Of a stretch of DNA of 28,819 nt, positions 17,754 through 25,461 are shown piece by piece. Positions within the stretch are counted from its first letter, which is position 1. Every line of letters starts with the position of its first letter. The position numbers were made by a program, and so were the translations under genes. The DNA comes from a virus. Its lineage: Duplodnaviria; Caudoviricetes. Below the pieces are notes generated by a model. The model saw only the letters and a program-made list of their open reading frames with translations, ran no database searches and was not told the DNA's origin. The stretch lies in IMG/VR virus record IMGVR_UViG_3300048579_000399, positions 1 to 28,819 of that record; one strand, written 5' to 3'.

Positions 17754-18056
17754 TCAATCCATGTTGTCTTGCGGGAATACCTTCGCAGCCTGAGTATATA
17801 AGCTCCACAGAGCTGCTTCAGATAATCCCGGATGACAGGGACAAATGGCATGGGAAGCCTCTGGGATGACTATCCCGGTGACTACTCCATCGGGGTTTCC
17901 CATCGCGTGCGTGAAAATCAACGCCTTTGCACAAGGAATAAAGTGGCTGAGAGGTTTGCTGCGGCCGTTCATTTGTTTTTTGTATGCCTCTCGCTCCAAA
18001 TGATTGGAAATCCATTCGTAGCGCTGATAGAGTATCGTCACACTGCGTTTATCCAT
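17754..18056 (-). CDS. Hypothetical protein
   Basis: 100 aa; TGATG coupling to the upstream gene; last gene before the late promoter. Confidence 0.55.
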   Translation of the reverse strand: MDKRSVTILYQRYEWISNHLEREAYKKQMNGRSKPLSHFIPCAKALIFTHAMGNPDGVVTGIVIPEASHAICPCHPGLSEAALWSLYTQAAKVFPQDNMD

Positions 18057-18322
18057 CAGTTACCACTTGTTAATCCGAATATATTTCTCGATTGAAAATG
18101 CCTTGTTGCCCCGCATTTACATATAATTTTGCACTCCGTGATCATTGCGCCGTCAAAACCACGGATGCAGGTCAGACCATCGATGACGTCCACCTGGACC
18201 AGCTTGCGCAAACAATGCCGGCATCTCAACCACGGTCTGCGGTCACGTTTGATCCAGCCATAACAGCGTTTCCGTGGAAACGCTGTTATTTTGGTGATGT
18301 AGTCCGCTTTTTCTTCGGTCAT
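18056..18322 (-). CDS. Zinc-ribbon protein, Mu Com-like pattern
   Basis: LRCRHCLRKL..CKIICKCG; basic; 88 aa. Confidence 0.5.
   Translation of the reverse strand: MTEEKADYITKITAFPRKRCYGWIKRDRRPWLRCRHCLRKLVQVDVIDGLTCIRGFDGAMITECKIICKCGATRHFQSRNIFGLTSGN
18260..18289. repeat. parS-like palindrome, copy 2, extended to 14-bp arms
   Basis: ATAACAGCGTTTCC-GT-GGAAACGCTGTTAT perfect inverted repeat; core at 18267-18282. Confidence 0.65.
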
Positions 18323-18329
18323 GGTTATC

Positions 18330-18791
18330 CTAATCTGGAAGTCCTGGCAATAACTTTGGCATTACCCCAGATATATACGCCTGATCAATTTGCGGTCCCA
18401 ACCACTCGCCCACTGTCCGTCCAGACGGAAGCATGATAAACGGTTGCAGCGCCTCATCCAGCGACGTTATTCCCGCCTCGCTGGCCTCGAGAACAGCCTT
18501 GATCCACAAAGCCAGCGCTCTCCACCGCTGCCGCGTTGCTTGCTCCCAGGCGGATTGGATCGCCGTCCGGCTGGTCCGGTTCCGGCCAGTTTCCGTTAAT
18601 GTGAATTCGTTCTTATCCGGAAGAGGCAACACGATTCGATAACGCCGGAAGTCATACTCGAATGAGATAATGGCTTTACTCCCGTCCCAACCGTACATGA
18701 AGGCAGTAGCGCCGTATCTTTCCAGCGTTCTTTCAATCTCAGCTCGAGACCGGTCTGCCGGAACGTCCGTGGTCTGTGCGTATGTACCCAT
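18330..18791 (-). CDS. Conserved phage hypothetical protein
   Basis: YA..T.V..DRSRAEIERTLERYGA..WEQA.RQRWRAL.L.IKA.LEA..F..LP.GRTV resembles a widespread phage early-region family of unknown function. Confidence 0.75.
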   Translation of the reverse strand: MGTYAQTTDVPADRSRAEIERTLERYGATAFMYGWDGSKAIISFEYDFRRYRIVLPLPDKNEFTLTETGRNRTSRTAIQSAWEQATRQRWRALALWIKAVLEASEAGITSLDEALQPFIMLPSGRTVGEWLGPQIDQAYISGVMPKLLPGLPD

Positions 18792-18793
18792 CC

Positions 18794-18970
18794 TTACCCA
18801 CCTTTCTTTCCGGAGAAATTCGAACACGTCACAGTAATGCTTTGATTACCAGCCATGAACGATTTCTGAATCCACAGCCGCCCGAAACAGGCGTTTTTCC
18901 GCGGATCATGGATGTCGACAGGTTTTAACTTACCGATGAACTGGCAGATCGAACATTGTCTCTTGGTCAT
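18794..18970 (-). CDS. Small four-Cys (zinc-binding?) protein
   Basis: 58 aa from ATG 18970 (ATGA overlap); CSIC..C..C. Confidence 0.55.
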   Translation of the reverse strand: MTKRQCSICQFIGKLKPVDIHDPRKNACFGRLWIQKSFMAGNQSITVTCSNFSGKKGG

Positions 18971-19179
18971 GAATTTTTCGCCTTTCCACGGTGGCAAACG
19001 TGGTGTTCCCAGGTCTCACCACGTTTTACCCACTTCTTTTCACCACACCAGGTACACCTGCAGGAGCAGCTCTCATACAGATTCCCACAGAGCACACAGC
19101 GACGTTTGCAACTCATCTGATAACCCAACGCCCTGGACCCACCAGCTCGGCCGTTTATGATGCCATTCACGCTGTTCAT
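18967..19179 (-). CDS. Small Cys/His-rich protein coupled to the E1 gene
   Basis: 70 aa from ATG 19179 (ATGA overlap with the ThiF stop); 8 Cys and 3 His. Confidence 0.55.
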   Translation of the reverse strand: MNSVNGIINGRAGGSRALGYQMSCKRRCVLCGNLYESCSCRCTWCGEKKWVKRGETWEHHVCHRGKAKNS

Positions 19180-19997
19180 TCCGTGGCCATCCCAGGATGA
19201 ATATATTTCGAACGGGTCGTACCGCTCTCTAGGTCGATGTACGTCGCATATTTGCGGAGATCTTTGGTCAGCAGCATCCGCACCAGGTAGTCCGAGGCCT
19301 CCGCCGCGATCCGCTGGTTGATGGCCATGCCCTGGCTGTCCGACAGCGCCATATCTGCACAGCTCAGGTTCTCGGTCAGTTCCACAGATTCGGGCTGAGT
19401 TTCGAGCAATTCGGGATGCGCGACTGTCGGCAAGGGTAGCCAGGAGCAAAAGCCGGGAATCTCGAAGGCGTTTTCAGGTTGTTTTGAGCCTGACCCTAAA
19501 AGAATCTGCCCGCTGCTTTTCGCATTCCCGCAGTCCAACCACCAAACCCGCGCATCATTCCGATATGAGATTCCCGCATCTGCCTGGATCATTTTCCGCG
19601 CTTCGGCATTATCGACACAGCCGATCAGGAGGATCAACTGAGAACCCGTTGCCGGCTTGATGAGAGTTGGGTTGAACGCTTTCGGAACGGCAATCACCGG
19701 GACTCCCCAGGCGAGCCCATATCGATAGGCCAAGGTATCGGCCTTGTTTCTCCCGATTTCCGCCTGGCAAAAGTTCTGGCGAAAGCAGTTTTTCTCTTCA
19801 ACCCGATCCGGGTCGATGAAATAGACGTCCGTCCGTTTCTGGAATTTCTCGATCAGCATGCGCGCCACACGAACGACCGAAGGCGCCAGCCATGAGCCGG
19901 TTCCCCCGCAGCCGATCAACGCTAAAATCACCGTATCGGCTGTTGGCAGGAGTAACTTGCACCCATTGGCATACTCGAGGTTGAGGTTAATTTCCAT
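19176..19997 (-). CDS. ThiF/E1-like ubiquitin-activating enzyme (PRTRC ThiF-like)
   Basis: GCGGTGS nucleotide loop, DPDRVEEKNCFRQNF, GRNKA, GCVDN, WLDCGN, LSCA (candidate catalytic Cys); start reassigned to ATG 19997. Confidence 0.92.
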   Translation of the reverse strand: MEINLNLEYANGCKLLLPTADTVILALIGCGGTGSWLAPSVVRVARMLIEKFQKRTDVYFIDPDRVEEKNCFRQNFCQAEIGRNKADTLAYRYGLAWGVPVIAVPKAFNPTLIKPATGSQLILLIGCVDNAEARKMIQADAGISYRNDARVWWLDCGNAKSSGQILLGSGSKQPENAFEIPGFCSWLPLPTVAHPELLETQPESVELTENLSCADMALSDSQGMAINQRIAAEASDYLVRMLLTKDLRKYATYIDLESGTTRSKYIHPGMATE

Positions 19998-20616
19998 CTT
20001 CGATATCCTCATAAATGAAATCCAGAGAGTCCACAAATTCATCCTCAACAAAATCAGGCAAATCGAACACCCAACAGGCCGGAATTTTCCAAAAATATCC
20101 GTATATCCCTACCCGAACGGCGATTATCGGCCGATTCTGGTTGACTTGCCCAACCACGGCGTAGATCCTGAACCCGGCCTTCTCCTCGAGATCGTCCGCG
20201 CGAGAAAAAAAGGCTTTCATCGCATGATGGCTGTGAATTTCGACCATCGTATCGGGACCACCAATAAAAGGATCTACGGGGTGAACACTGACGCCATTCT
20301 GGACTTGATCGGGAATGAAAATCCGCCAGGGATCCGGCTGCAGGTAGTATAGGATCTCGTTCCCGTTCATGCGGTATGCGGTCGCAAATACCTGGTAAAC
20401 CAACGCAGCCGAAATTCTTTTCTCAATCCGAACATAGGGCTGCACCTCGGTCAGACCACGGATCTCATGCACGGTCGAAGCCACCCTTATTTGCGCTTCC
20501 AGGCCTGGACGCTTGGCGCGGACGAAGACCCCATTCGAACCGATCACATATTCATAGAGATAGGGACCCATCGGCGGAAGGTCCGGAGTTTTTGCGATAA
20601 TGTGATTGACAAACAT
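19987..20616 (-). CDS. JAB/MPN-domain metalloprotease (PRTRC protein A-like)
   Basis: NEIL..EIHSHHAMKAFFSRADD gives an intact E..HxHx7SxxD JAMM motif; N-terminal YEYVIGSNGVFVRA domain. Confidence 0.9.
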   Translation of the reverse strand: MFVNHIIAKTPDLPPMGPYLYEYVIGSNGVFVRAKRPGLEAQIRVASTVHEIRGLTEVQPYVRIEKRISAALVYQVFATAYRMNGNEILYYLQPDPWRIFIPDQVQNGVSVHPVDPFIGGPDTMVEIHSHHAMKAFFSRADDLEEKAGFRIYAVVGQVNQNRPIIAVRVGIYGYFWKIPACWVFDLPDFVEDEFVDSLDFIYEDIEDGN

Positions 20617-20617
20617 T

Positions 20618-21319
20618 TCAACCCTCCTTAAGAATGGCTTCGACCAGACTGCCGATCATCGCCCCAGCAAAGATCAAGTCATCTTTTGGATAAGCTCTGG
20701 CCTTCGTTTCGGCCAATTTTCGAAGCGTATCCCGGACATCTCCGGAATGTGACCGGCTTTTATTCGCGGATAAATCGGCATTGAATGGCGCTTTGAAAAA
20801 CAGTTCCCATGCTTCTCGAATTGACTTCCCGCTGGCCTGAGGCGGCGTATTCTGTCCCCAGCAGATCTTTCCGTTCTGGTAAATATTGGGGAACGGCGCG
20901 TGATAAGCAACTTCATTCGGCAAGAAGTATTTGCCCTTGAGAGCCCAGAGGTAATACACCCGATCAATCCCCAACAGCACCGTTCTTGGAATGGCTACTT
21001 TGAACACTTCGCTGCTCTGTGCATCCAGGATCACATCGACCGTCTGTTCCGAAGCGGTATACACGAACCAATCGCCTTTTGCATGATGGCCGGCGCGAAC
21101 GACGCCAGAGGTAAACCATCCGGTATCCTGTTCGGTCTGCGAAAACGCGGCAGCCAGGTCCGGAGCCGTGACAAATTTGGAAACATTCCCGCTGCTGGAG
21201 GGATAGGTAAACAGGTAGTGGCCATCGAGGAAATACAAAACGCCCTGGACTTCGAAAGCCGGCTTTTCCACTGGCTCGATAAACATTTGAGTGTGATCAG
21301 CTTCAGTTAACTCGAACAT
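20618..21319 (-). CDS. Prokaryotic E2-like conjugating enzyme (PRTRC protein B-like)
   Basis: YHAPFPNIYQNGKICWG matches the E2 HPN..G.IC core with the catalytic-position Cys; WELFFKAPFN. Confidence 0.88.
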   Translation of the reverse strand: MFELTEADHTQMFIEPVEKPAFEVQGVLYFLDGHYLFTYPSSSGNVSKFVTAPDLAAAFSQTEQDTGWFTSGVVRAGHHAKGDWFVYTASEQTVDVILDAQSSEVFKVAIPRTVLLGIDRVYYLWALKGKYFLPNEVAYHAPFPNIYQNGKICWGQNTPPQASGKSIREAWELFFKAPFNADLSANKSRSHSGDVRDTLRKLAETKARAYPKDDLIFAGAMIGSLVEAILKEG

Positions 21320-21333
21320 GGGGGCACCTTTCG

Positions 21334-22248
21334 TTATAGAACGTCGAATGGATCTGTTTCACCGGTCTCGGCATCATCATCCTCAGCCCAGAGATCCGCC
21401 AACGCCTGTAAACCCGTGCGAACACGCTGCGGACAGCACTTCAAATAGAGCTTCAGGATCTTTCCGGCCAGGCTTGTATCCTGCAAAAATTGCAAACGGG
21501 CACAATTGAAGTCTTGAATGATCGGCTGGGCATCTTCCCAAAATTTTCGGAGCTCGCGCATCCCATTCAGGGTAAATGGCGGTAGGTTCGGGATTCCATA
21601 ACCGTCGTCAGCAAGGTTGAAATCGAAATAGGGATTACCCGTAGAGTACAGGCAAGCATCGAACGCATTTTTGAAGCAGGATAAGTTGTTCTGATCCAGG
21701 AGCTGGTAGAACCGGTTCCAGTCTGGATCTCCGTAATTCCCAAGATCTGGAAATGATCGAATAGTCCAGCCAAGCCATTCTTTCGCCTTTTGAAGGATCT
21801 GACGATCTTCGAATCGAATCGCAGTAATGAAGATAAATAATCCTGCGTCTGGAAGCCAGCTATTATCCAGATCTTCACAGCTTTCGTACCACTGATCAAA
21901 AGAAATCTGGTAACCATGCGGATCCGGATAAAGAAATTCGAGTTCATCTTCTCCAGCTTCGAACAGATTCATCTCGATATATTCAAGATTCAACGGAGCC
22001 ACGTTGTCAATCGCGTCGATAGCCGCTACCAGGATGGCATCTTCGCCATCGATTTCGTGAGAACCTGTCTGTGTCAGAATCCGCTGATATTTATCGGGGT
22101 CCAGTTCTTCCAGAATCGCGGCTGGTGCCATCTGTCTGTTAAAATATTCGAGCTGCTCCAGGACGCTGATCAGCCTGGGTGGGTGCAGCCGGCGCAGGGA
22201 GTGGACCGCATTTTGATAGGATGTGATCTGACCTGGCTGAGCGATCAT
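21334..22248 (-). CDS. Acidic hypothetical protein in the Ubl cassette (position of PRTRC protein F)
   Basis: 304 aa, Asp/Glu-rich and helical, between the Ubl and E2 genes; family assignment is positional only. Confidence 0.55.
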   Translation of the reverse strand: MIAQPGQITSYQNAVHSLRRLHPPRLISVLEQLEYFNRQMAPAAILEELDPDKYQRILTQTGSHEIDGEDAILVAAIDAIDNVAPLNLEYIEMNLFEAGEDELEFLYPDPHGYQISFDQWYESCEDLDNSWLPDAGLFIFITAIRFEDRQILQKAKEWLGWTIRSFPDLGNYGDPDWNRFYQLLDQNNLSCFKNAFDACLYSTGNPYFDFNLADDGYGIPNLPPFTLNGMRELRKFWEDAQPIIQDFNCARLQFLQDTSLAGKILKLYLKCCPQRVRTGLQALADLWAEDDDAETGETDPFDVL

Positions 22249-22249
22249 C

Positions 22250-22672
22250 TCAGAACCCTAAAATCAAACCAGGGGCGCATTGAGCAGATGATTTGATCAG
22301 CCGATCGGCGGCATGCCTGACCGCGGATTGCTGTTCCTGACCTTGCATCAGCGCGGTTTCGATCTGTTCGCCCATCTCCAACGCCTTGAGCGGGCTGACA
22401 TCGCCGGACGCCTGGATCAGTTCATAACATTCGATCGCTGGATTCTTCCCACCCTGACAGGCGATCAGATAATCGAGACTTTCCGCGCCTTTGCTGCCGG
22501 CCCGCTTCACCACGGTGATGGTGGTCGTTTCGTCTTTTTCCACCCGGGTGATCAGGGCATTTGCCACTTCCGGATAGTACGGCGCCAGGGCCTTCTTGAC
22601 TTTGCTGTCATCTTTCCCGATGTCTTCGGGTATGGGAATATTCTGGCCTTCGATCGTGACAATGTAATTCAT
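22250..22672 (-). CDS. Ubiquitin-like protein (PRTRC protein C-like) with C-terminal extension
   Basis: Residues 1-62 (VKKALAPYYPEVANALI..ITVVKRAGSKG) match the YPEL.NA..G[ST]KG prokaryotic Ubl pattern; 78 extra residues follow. Confidence 0.8.
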   Translation of the reverse strand: MNYIVTIEGQNIPIPEDIGKDDSKVKKALAPYYPEVANALITRVEKDETTTITVVKRAGSKGAESLDYLIACQGGKNPAIECYELIQASGDVSPLKALEMGEQIETALMQGQEQQSAVRHAADRLIKSSAQCAPGLILGF

Positions 22673-22674
22673 GG

Positions 22675-23922
22675 CTACCCTCCGATTTGGTTCTGAAGCT
22701 CGACATAAATATCCGCCAGCCGCTTGGGCATAATCTCTGCTGCTCGGGTGAAATGAAGCTTTGGAGCTGTTTCGTTGATCCGCGCACCGACAATCACCTC
22801 GCGTCCGGCTTCATTTCCATCGTCCGGATAAAACGTGTAAGTCAGGACGATGGTTGATTCCAGCCAGGATAACGGACCGGCCGGCGCGGCAGTCTGAATC
22901 GGTTCGGGCGTTGGGATGGTATCGGTTAACTTCGATAACGCGCTTTTCTCCGAATCACCGGGCATATCATCCTCTTCCTGAGTTTCATCCTCGTCACGTT
23001 TAACATCATCAGACTGTTCAGCCGCGGATGATTTGGGTTCGGATACCGGAATAACCTTACTTTCGGCCGGCGTTTCTTCGAGATCATTGACTTCATCGAC
23101 TGATTCCTCCGCAGATTCTTTCTCGACGTTTTTCATCCATTCCCGAGCGTTCGGTTTCGGAGCAGACTCCATGGGTTCTTGTTTAACTTCGGTTCGGCCC
23201 GCTTCCCAGAGTTGCTTATCCGCGTACCAGCGTTCGAGTTTATCGATCCTGCTCGCAATTATGTCCGGGGAAGATCCGGCCAGCGCACCCTGGACAATCA
23301 GGCTGGGGTGAATCTCAGGGTTTATATTCTGTTCCTGTCCGGCCTGACGAACTTCTTCGGGCAGGTCATACAGGGCGATCAGAGCTCGAGCGCAGCCTTC
23401 GGTGATTTGTTCAGCCATCAGTGCATTTTGGATTTCAGGCGGAAGCTTCAGCAAGCGCATCTTGTTTCGGACGGCGCTTTCCGAGAGCCCAAACAGCGCG
23501 CCGATCTCGGAGCTGATCTTTTTGAAATCCTCGCGGTACCTGGCCATCGCCCGGGCGGTCTCGATTGCGTTGAGGTTTTTTCGGTCATTATTCTCACGCA
23601 CTGCCAGTTCGAACATTTCCTGGTCGGTCAGGTCGCGCAGGATCACCGGCAGGAAGGCATATTTCAGCCGGTCGATCGGTGTCAGTTTGGGATCGTCCTT
23701 TATGGCCAATTCGTCGTTCAGTTGACGGAAGGCCGCACACCGCGAGTGCCCGAAGGCGAGCTGGATCCGATCCCCTTGCCGGCGGCCCATCGGAGCCTGA
23801 AGCAAGTCGTTGATTTTGATCGACGCGGCGATCTGCGCGATGTGCTCCGGGTCTTCGGCCATCCGGGTCTGGAATGGATTGGGGTCGATCATTTCGAGTG
23901 GAATGTATTCCGGGTTCTGCAT
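22675..23922 (-). CDS. ParB/Spo0J-family protein heading the Ubl cassette
   Basis: IDPNPFQTR, LAFGHSR, ENNDRKNLNAIE, HTH (SEIGALFGLSESAVRNKMRLLKLP), long acidic linker and about 65-aa C-terminal domain. Confidence 0.9.
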   Translation of the reverse strand: MQNPEYIPLEMIDPNPFQTRMAEDPEHIAQIAASIKINDLLQAPMGRRQGDRIQLAFGHSRCAAFRQLNDELAIKDDPKLTPIDRLKYAFLPVILRDLTDQEMFELAVRENNDRKNLNAIETARAMARYREDFKKISSEIGALFGLSESAVRNKMRLLKLPPEIQNALMAEQITEGCARALIALYDLPEEVRQAGQEQNINPEIHPSLIVQGALAGSSPDIIASRIDKLERWYADKQLWEAGRTEVKQEPMESAPKPNAREWMKNVEKESAEESVDEVNDLEETPAESKVIPVSEPKSSAAEQSDDVKRDEDETQEEDDMPGDSEKSALSKLTDTIPTPEPIQTAAPAGPLSWLESTIVLTYTFYPDDGNEAGREVIVGARINETAPKLHFTRAAEIMPKRLADIYVELQNQIGG

Positions 23923-24138
23923 TTACTCTTCCTCCGTTTCCGTGGAAACGCTGCCTGTCTGTTGTCTTTGCCTATCAACTTCACGGGCCCATTCGAATAA
24001 ACCATCATAGTGATCCTGGCAAACGCTGCATCTTCGAATGTGCTCCAGGTACGCCGCTCGGGCGTTACGGTTCTCGAGTGTGCCTATCATGGTCTCGCCG
24101 ATCGCGTCGTAAAGCGTCAAGGATTTCGCACAGTGCAT
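23923..24138 (-). CDS. Small protein with anti-sigma-like HxxxCxxC zinc motif
   Basis: 71 aa; C3..HIRRCSVC; coupled to both neighbours. Confidence 0.6.
   Translation of the reverse strand: MHCAKSLTLYDAIGETMIGTLENRNARAAYLEHIRRCSVCQDHYDGLFEWAREVDRQRQQTGSVSTETEEE
23935..23950. repeat. parS-like palindrome, copy 3 (CGTTTCCGTGGAAACG)
   Basis: Identical to copy 2 over 19 bp (CGTTTCCGTGGAAACGCTG); 12 bp upstream of the ParB start, touching its RBS. Confidence 0.65.
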
Positions 24139-24839
24139 CAGTGCTCAACGAAATCGCCAAATTCGCCCTCGTAGTATTTACTCTCTGTTTTCGGTGGGTC
24201 ATCCATTGGCCAATCGTTCTCGATGCGATGAATGGCGCTGCCCGTTTTGGATGCACGCCGGCAGTGATATTCGATCAGTTCCGGGGTAACGTGGGGTAGC
24301 CTCGCCAGGCGGGTCCGCGCCGGCTCACGGATACTGAAAGCGTCGAGCATCGACAAATTATCAGATTCGCGTCGATTAGGTCCGGATTTTCCGGAGCTGC
24401 ACCGCTCTAGATCTGGTAGTGGTTGTTTTTTATTCTTGGATTCTGGATAGTTAAAACTACTACCACTACTAGAGGGATTAGGTCCGATAATATCGGAGCT
24501 AACTTGACCAGAATCGTCGCATTCAACGTCAATTTGCTCCTTCGGATCCGGATCCGGGTCACCCTCTGATTCATCGTCAGATTCAAGCAGGGCACCCAGC
24601 GGCAGTTGTTTCGCACCAGCAGTCAGCGACCATTCATACCGGCCGACCTGAACAACCAGGTCATGCTCTTTGAGTAGAAGCATTGCATCGTGGATGTTCT
24701 CATCGCTATACCCTGAGCACCGTCGCAGGTACTCCTGTGAGCAGGCTTTCTGCTCGATCATCAGAATGACAAGGATCGAGATCGGAGCCCCTTTGAGCGC
24801 GCGGACCATGAGCGACGTGAGCATAGTTTTCGTTGACAA
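24138..24839 (-). CDS. Putative replication initiator / replisome organiser
   Basis: N-terminal winged-helix-like segment, low-complexity acidic/Ser linker with DNA repeats, small C-terminal domain ending KYYEGEFGDFVEH; early-region position. Confidence 0.6.
   Translation of the reverse strand: MSTKTMLTSLMVRALKGAPISILVILMIEQKACSQEYLRRCSGYSDENIHDAMLLLKEHDLVVQVGRYEWSLTAGAKQLPLGALLESDDESEGDPDPDPKEQIDVECDDSGQVSSDIIGPNPSSSGSSFNYPESKNKKQPLPDLERCSSGKSGPNRRESDNLSMLDAFSIREPARTRLARLPHVTPELIEYHCRRASKTGSAIHRIENDWPMDDPPKTESKYYEGEFGDFVEH
24374..24500. repeat. Two 25-bp direct repeats with internal dyads flanking an AT-rich tract (candidate origin)
   Basis: GATTAGGTCCG-N7-CGGAGCT at 24374-24398 and 24476-24500. 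Confidence 0.5.
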
Positions 24840-24840
24840 G

Positions 24841-25284
24841 TCAGCCTCGAATGGTCAAAAGTTCGGGTTGATTTTCCACCGGCCGGGGGCCAAATTTCTT
24901 CTTCGCGCCTCGGTCCATCGCCGTCAAAGTCATGCGCATGTCACCGATTTTCGACCGGTATTCATGAGCGGCGAACGCATCGTACTCCGCCCAATTTCTG
25001 GCCATGTAATAACCGCCATCTCCAGACGATGAACAAATCAGATGCTCCTGATTTCTCAGAATCCGGATTGCCGCCCGAATCTTCCGGTCGAACGTACCCC
25101 GCGTCATACCCGTCCGATATTTTGCCAGCCGAGGCAGTGAAACGAGACATGCGCGGCTAATGGCTTTTTCAGGACCGACATGGGTAGAGACGACGTCCAA
25201 AACCTCTTCGACAAGTTTCGGATCGACCGTGATGACGTGCTTTCGCCGTTTATTCGGCTGCTTTAAATGCATCCTTGCTTTCAA
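24841..25284 (-). CDS. Winged-helix DNA-binding protein
   Basis: H.G.EKAISR..DRKIRAAIRILR..ICSSS..GGYY is a wHTH pattern common beside phage rep genes; start is TTG 25284 or ATG 25272. Confidence 0.7.
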   Translation of the reverse strand: MKARMHLKQPNKRRKHVITVDPKLVEEVLDVVSTHVGPEKAISRACLVSLPRLAKYRTGMTRGTFDRKIRAAIRILRNQEHLICSSSGDGGYYMARNWAEYDAFAAHEYRSKIGDMRMTLTAMDRGAKKKFGPRPVENQPELLTIRG

Positions 25285-25459
25285 TGTTCACCTCCAAGCG
25301 AGTTTGTTCCGACACCGGAACGCTGTATGCATCCACCGGGGTATTGCGTTTTCCGGCCAAAGACGATTTCACATTGTTCCGGCTCTCGGTGGTGTAGATC
25401 TCCCGATCCGGCCGGCCGGGGATCCGCACGGTTCCGATTCGCGTCACTTTACAGTCCAT
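25250..25459 (-). CDS. Small hypothetical protein
   Basis: 69 aa from ATG 25459 with GAGGTG RBS; fills the gap after the ParB-like gene. Confidence 0.45.
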   Translation of the reverse strand: MDCKVTRIGTVRIPGRPDREIYTTESRNNVKSSLAGKRNTPVDAYSVPVSEQTRLEVNIESKDAFKAAE

Positions 25460-25461
25460 AC

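Noticed and set aside
19176-19997. ThiF/MoeB for thiamine or molybdopterin synthesis
   Set aside because: It lacks the paired CxxC zinc motifs, no thi/moa genes are nearby, and its neighbours are E2 and JAB genes.
22675-22690. ParB-2 ends in a di-glycine (QIGG), suggesting a Ubl-like tail
   Set aside because: The GGA GGG codons are the Shine-Dalgarno of the next gene. Similar G-rich ends occur on other coupled genes (KKGG at 18794, KEG at 20618).
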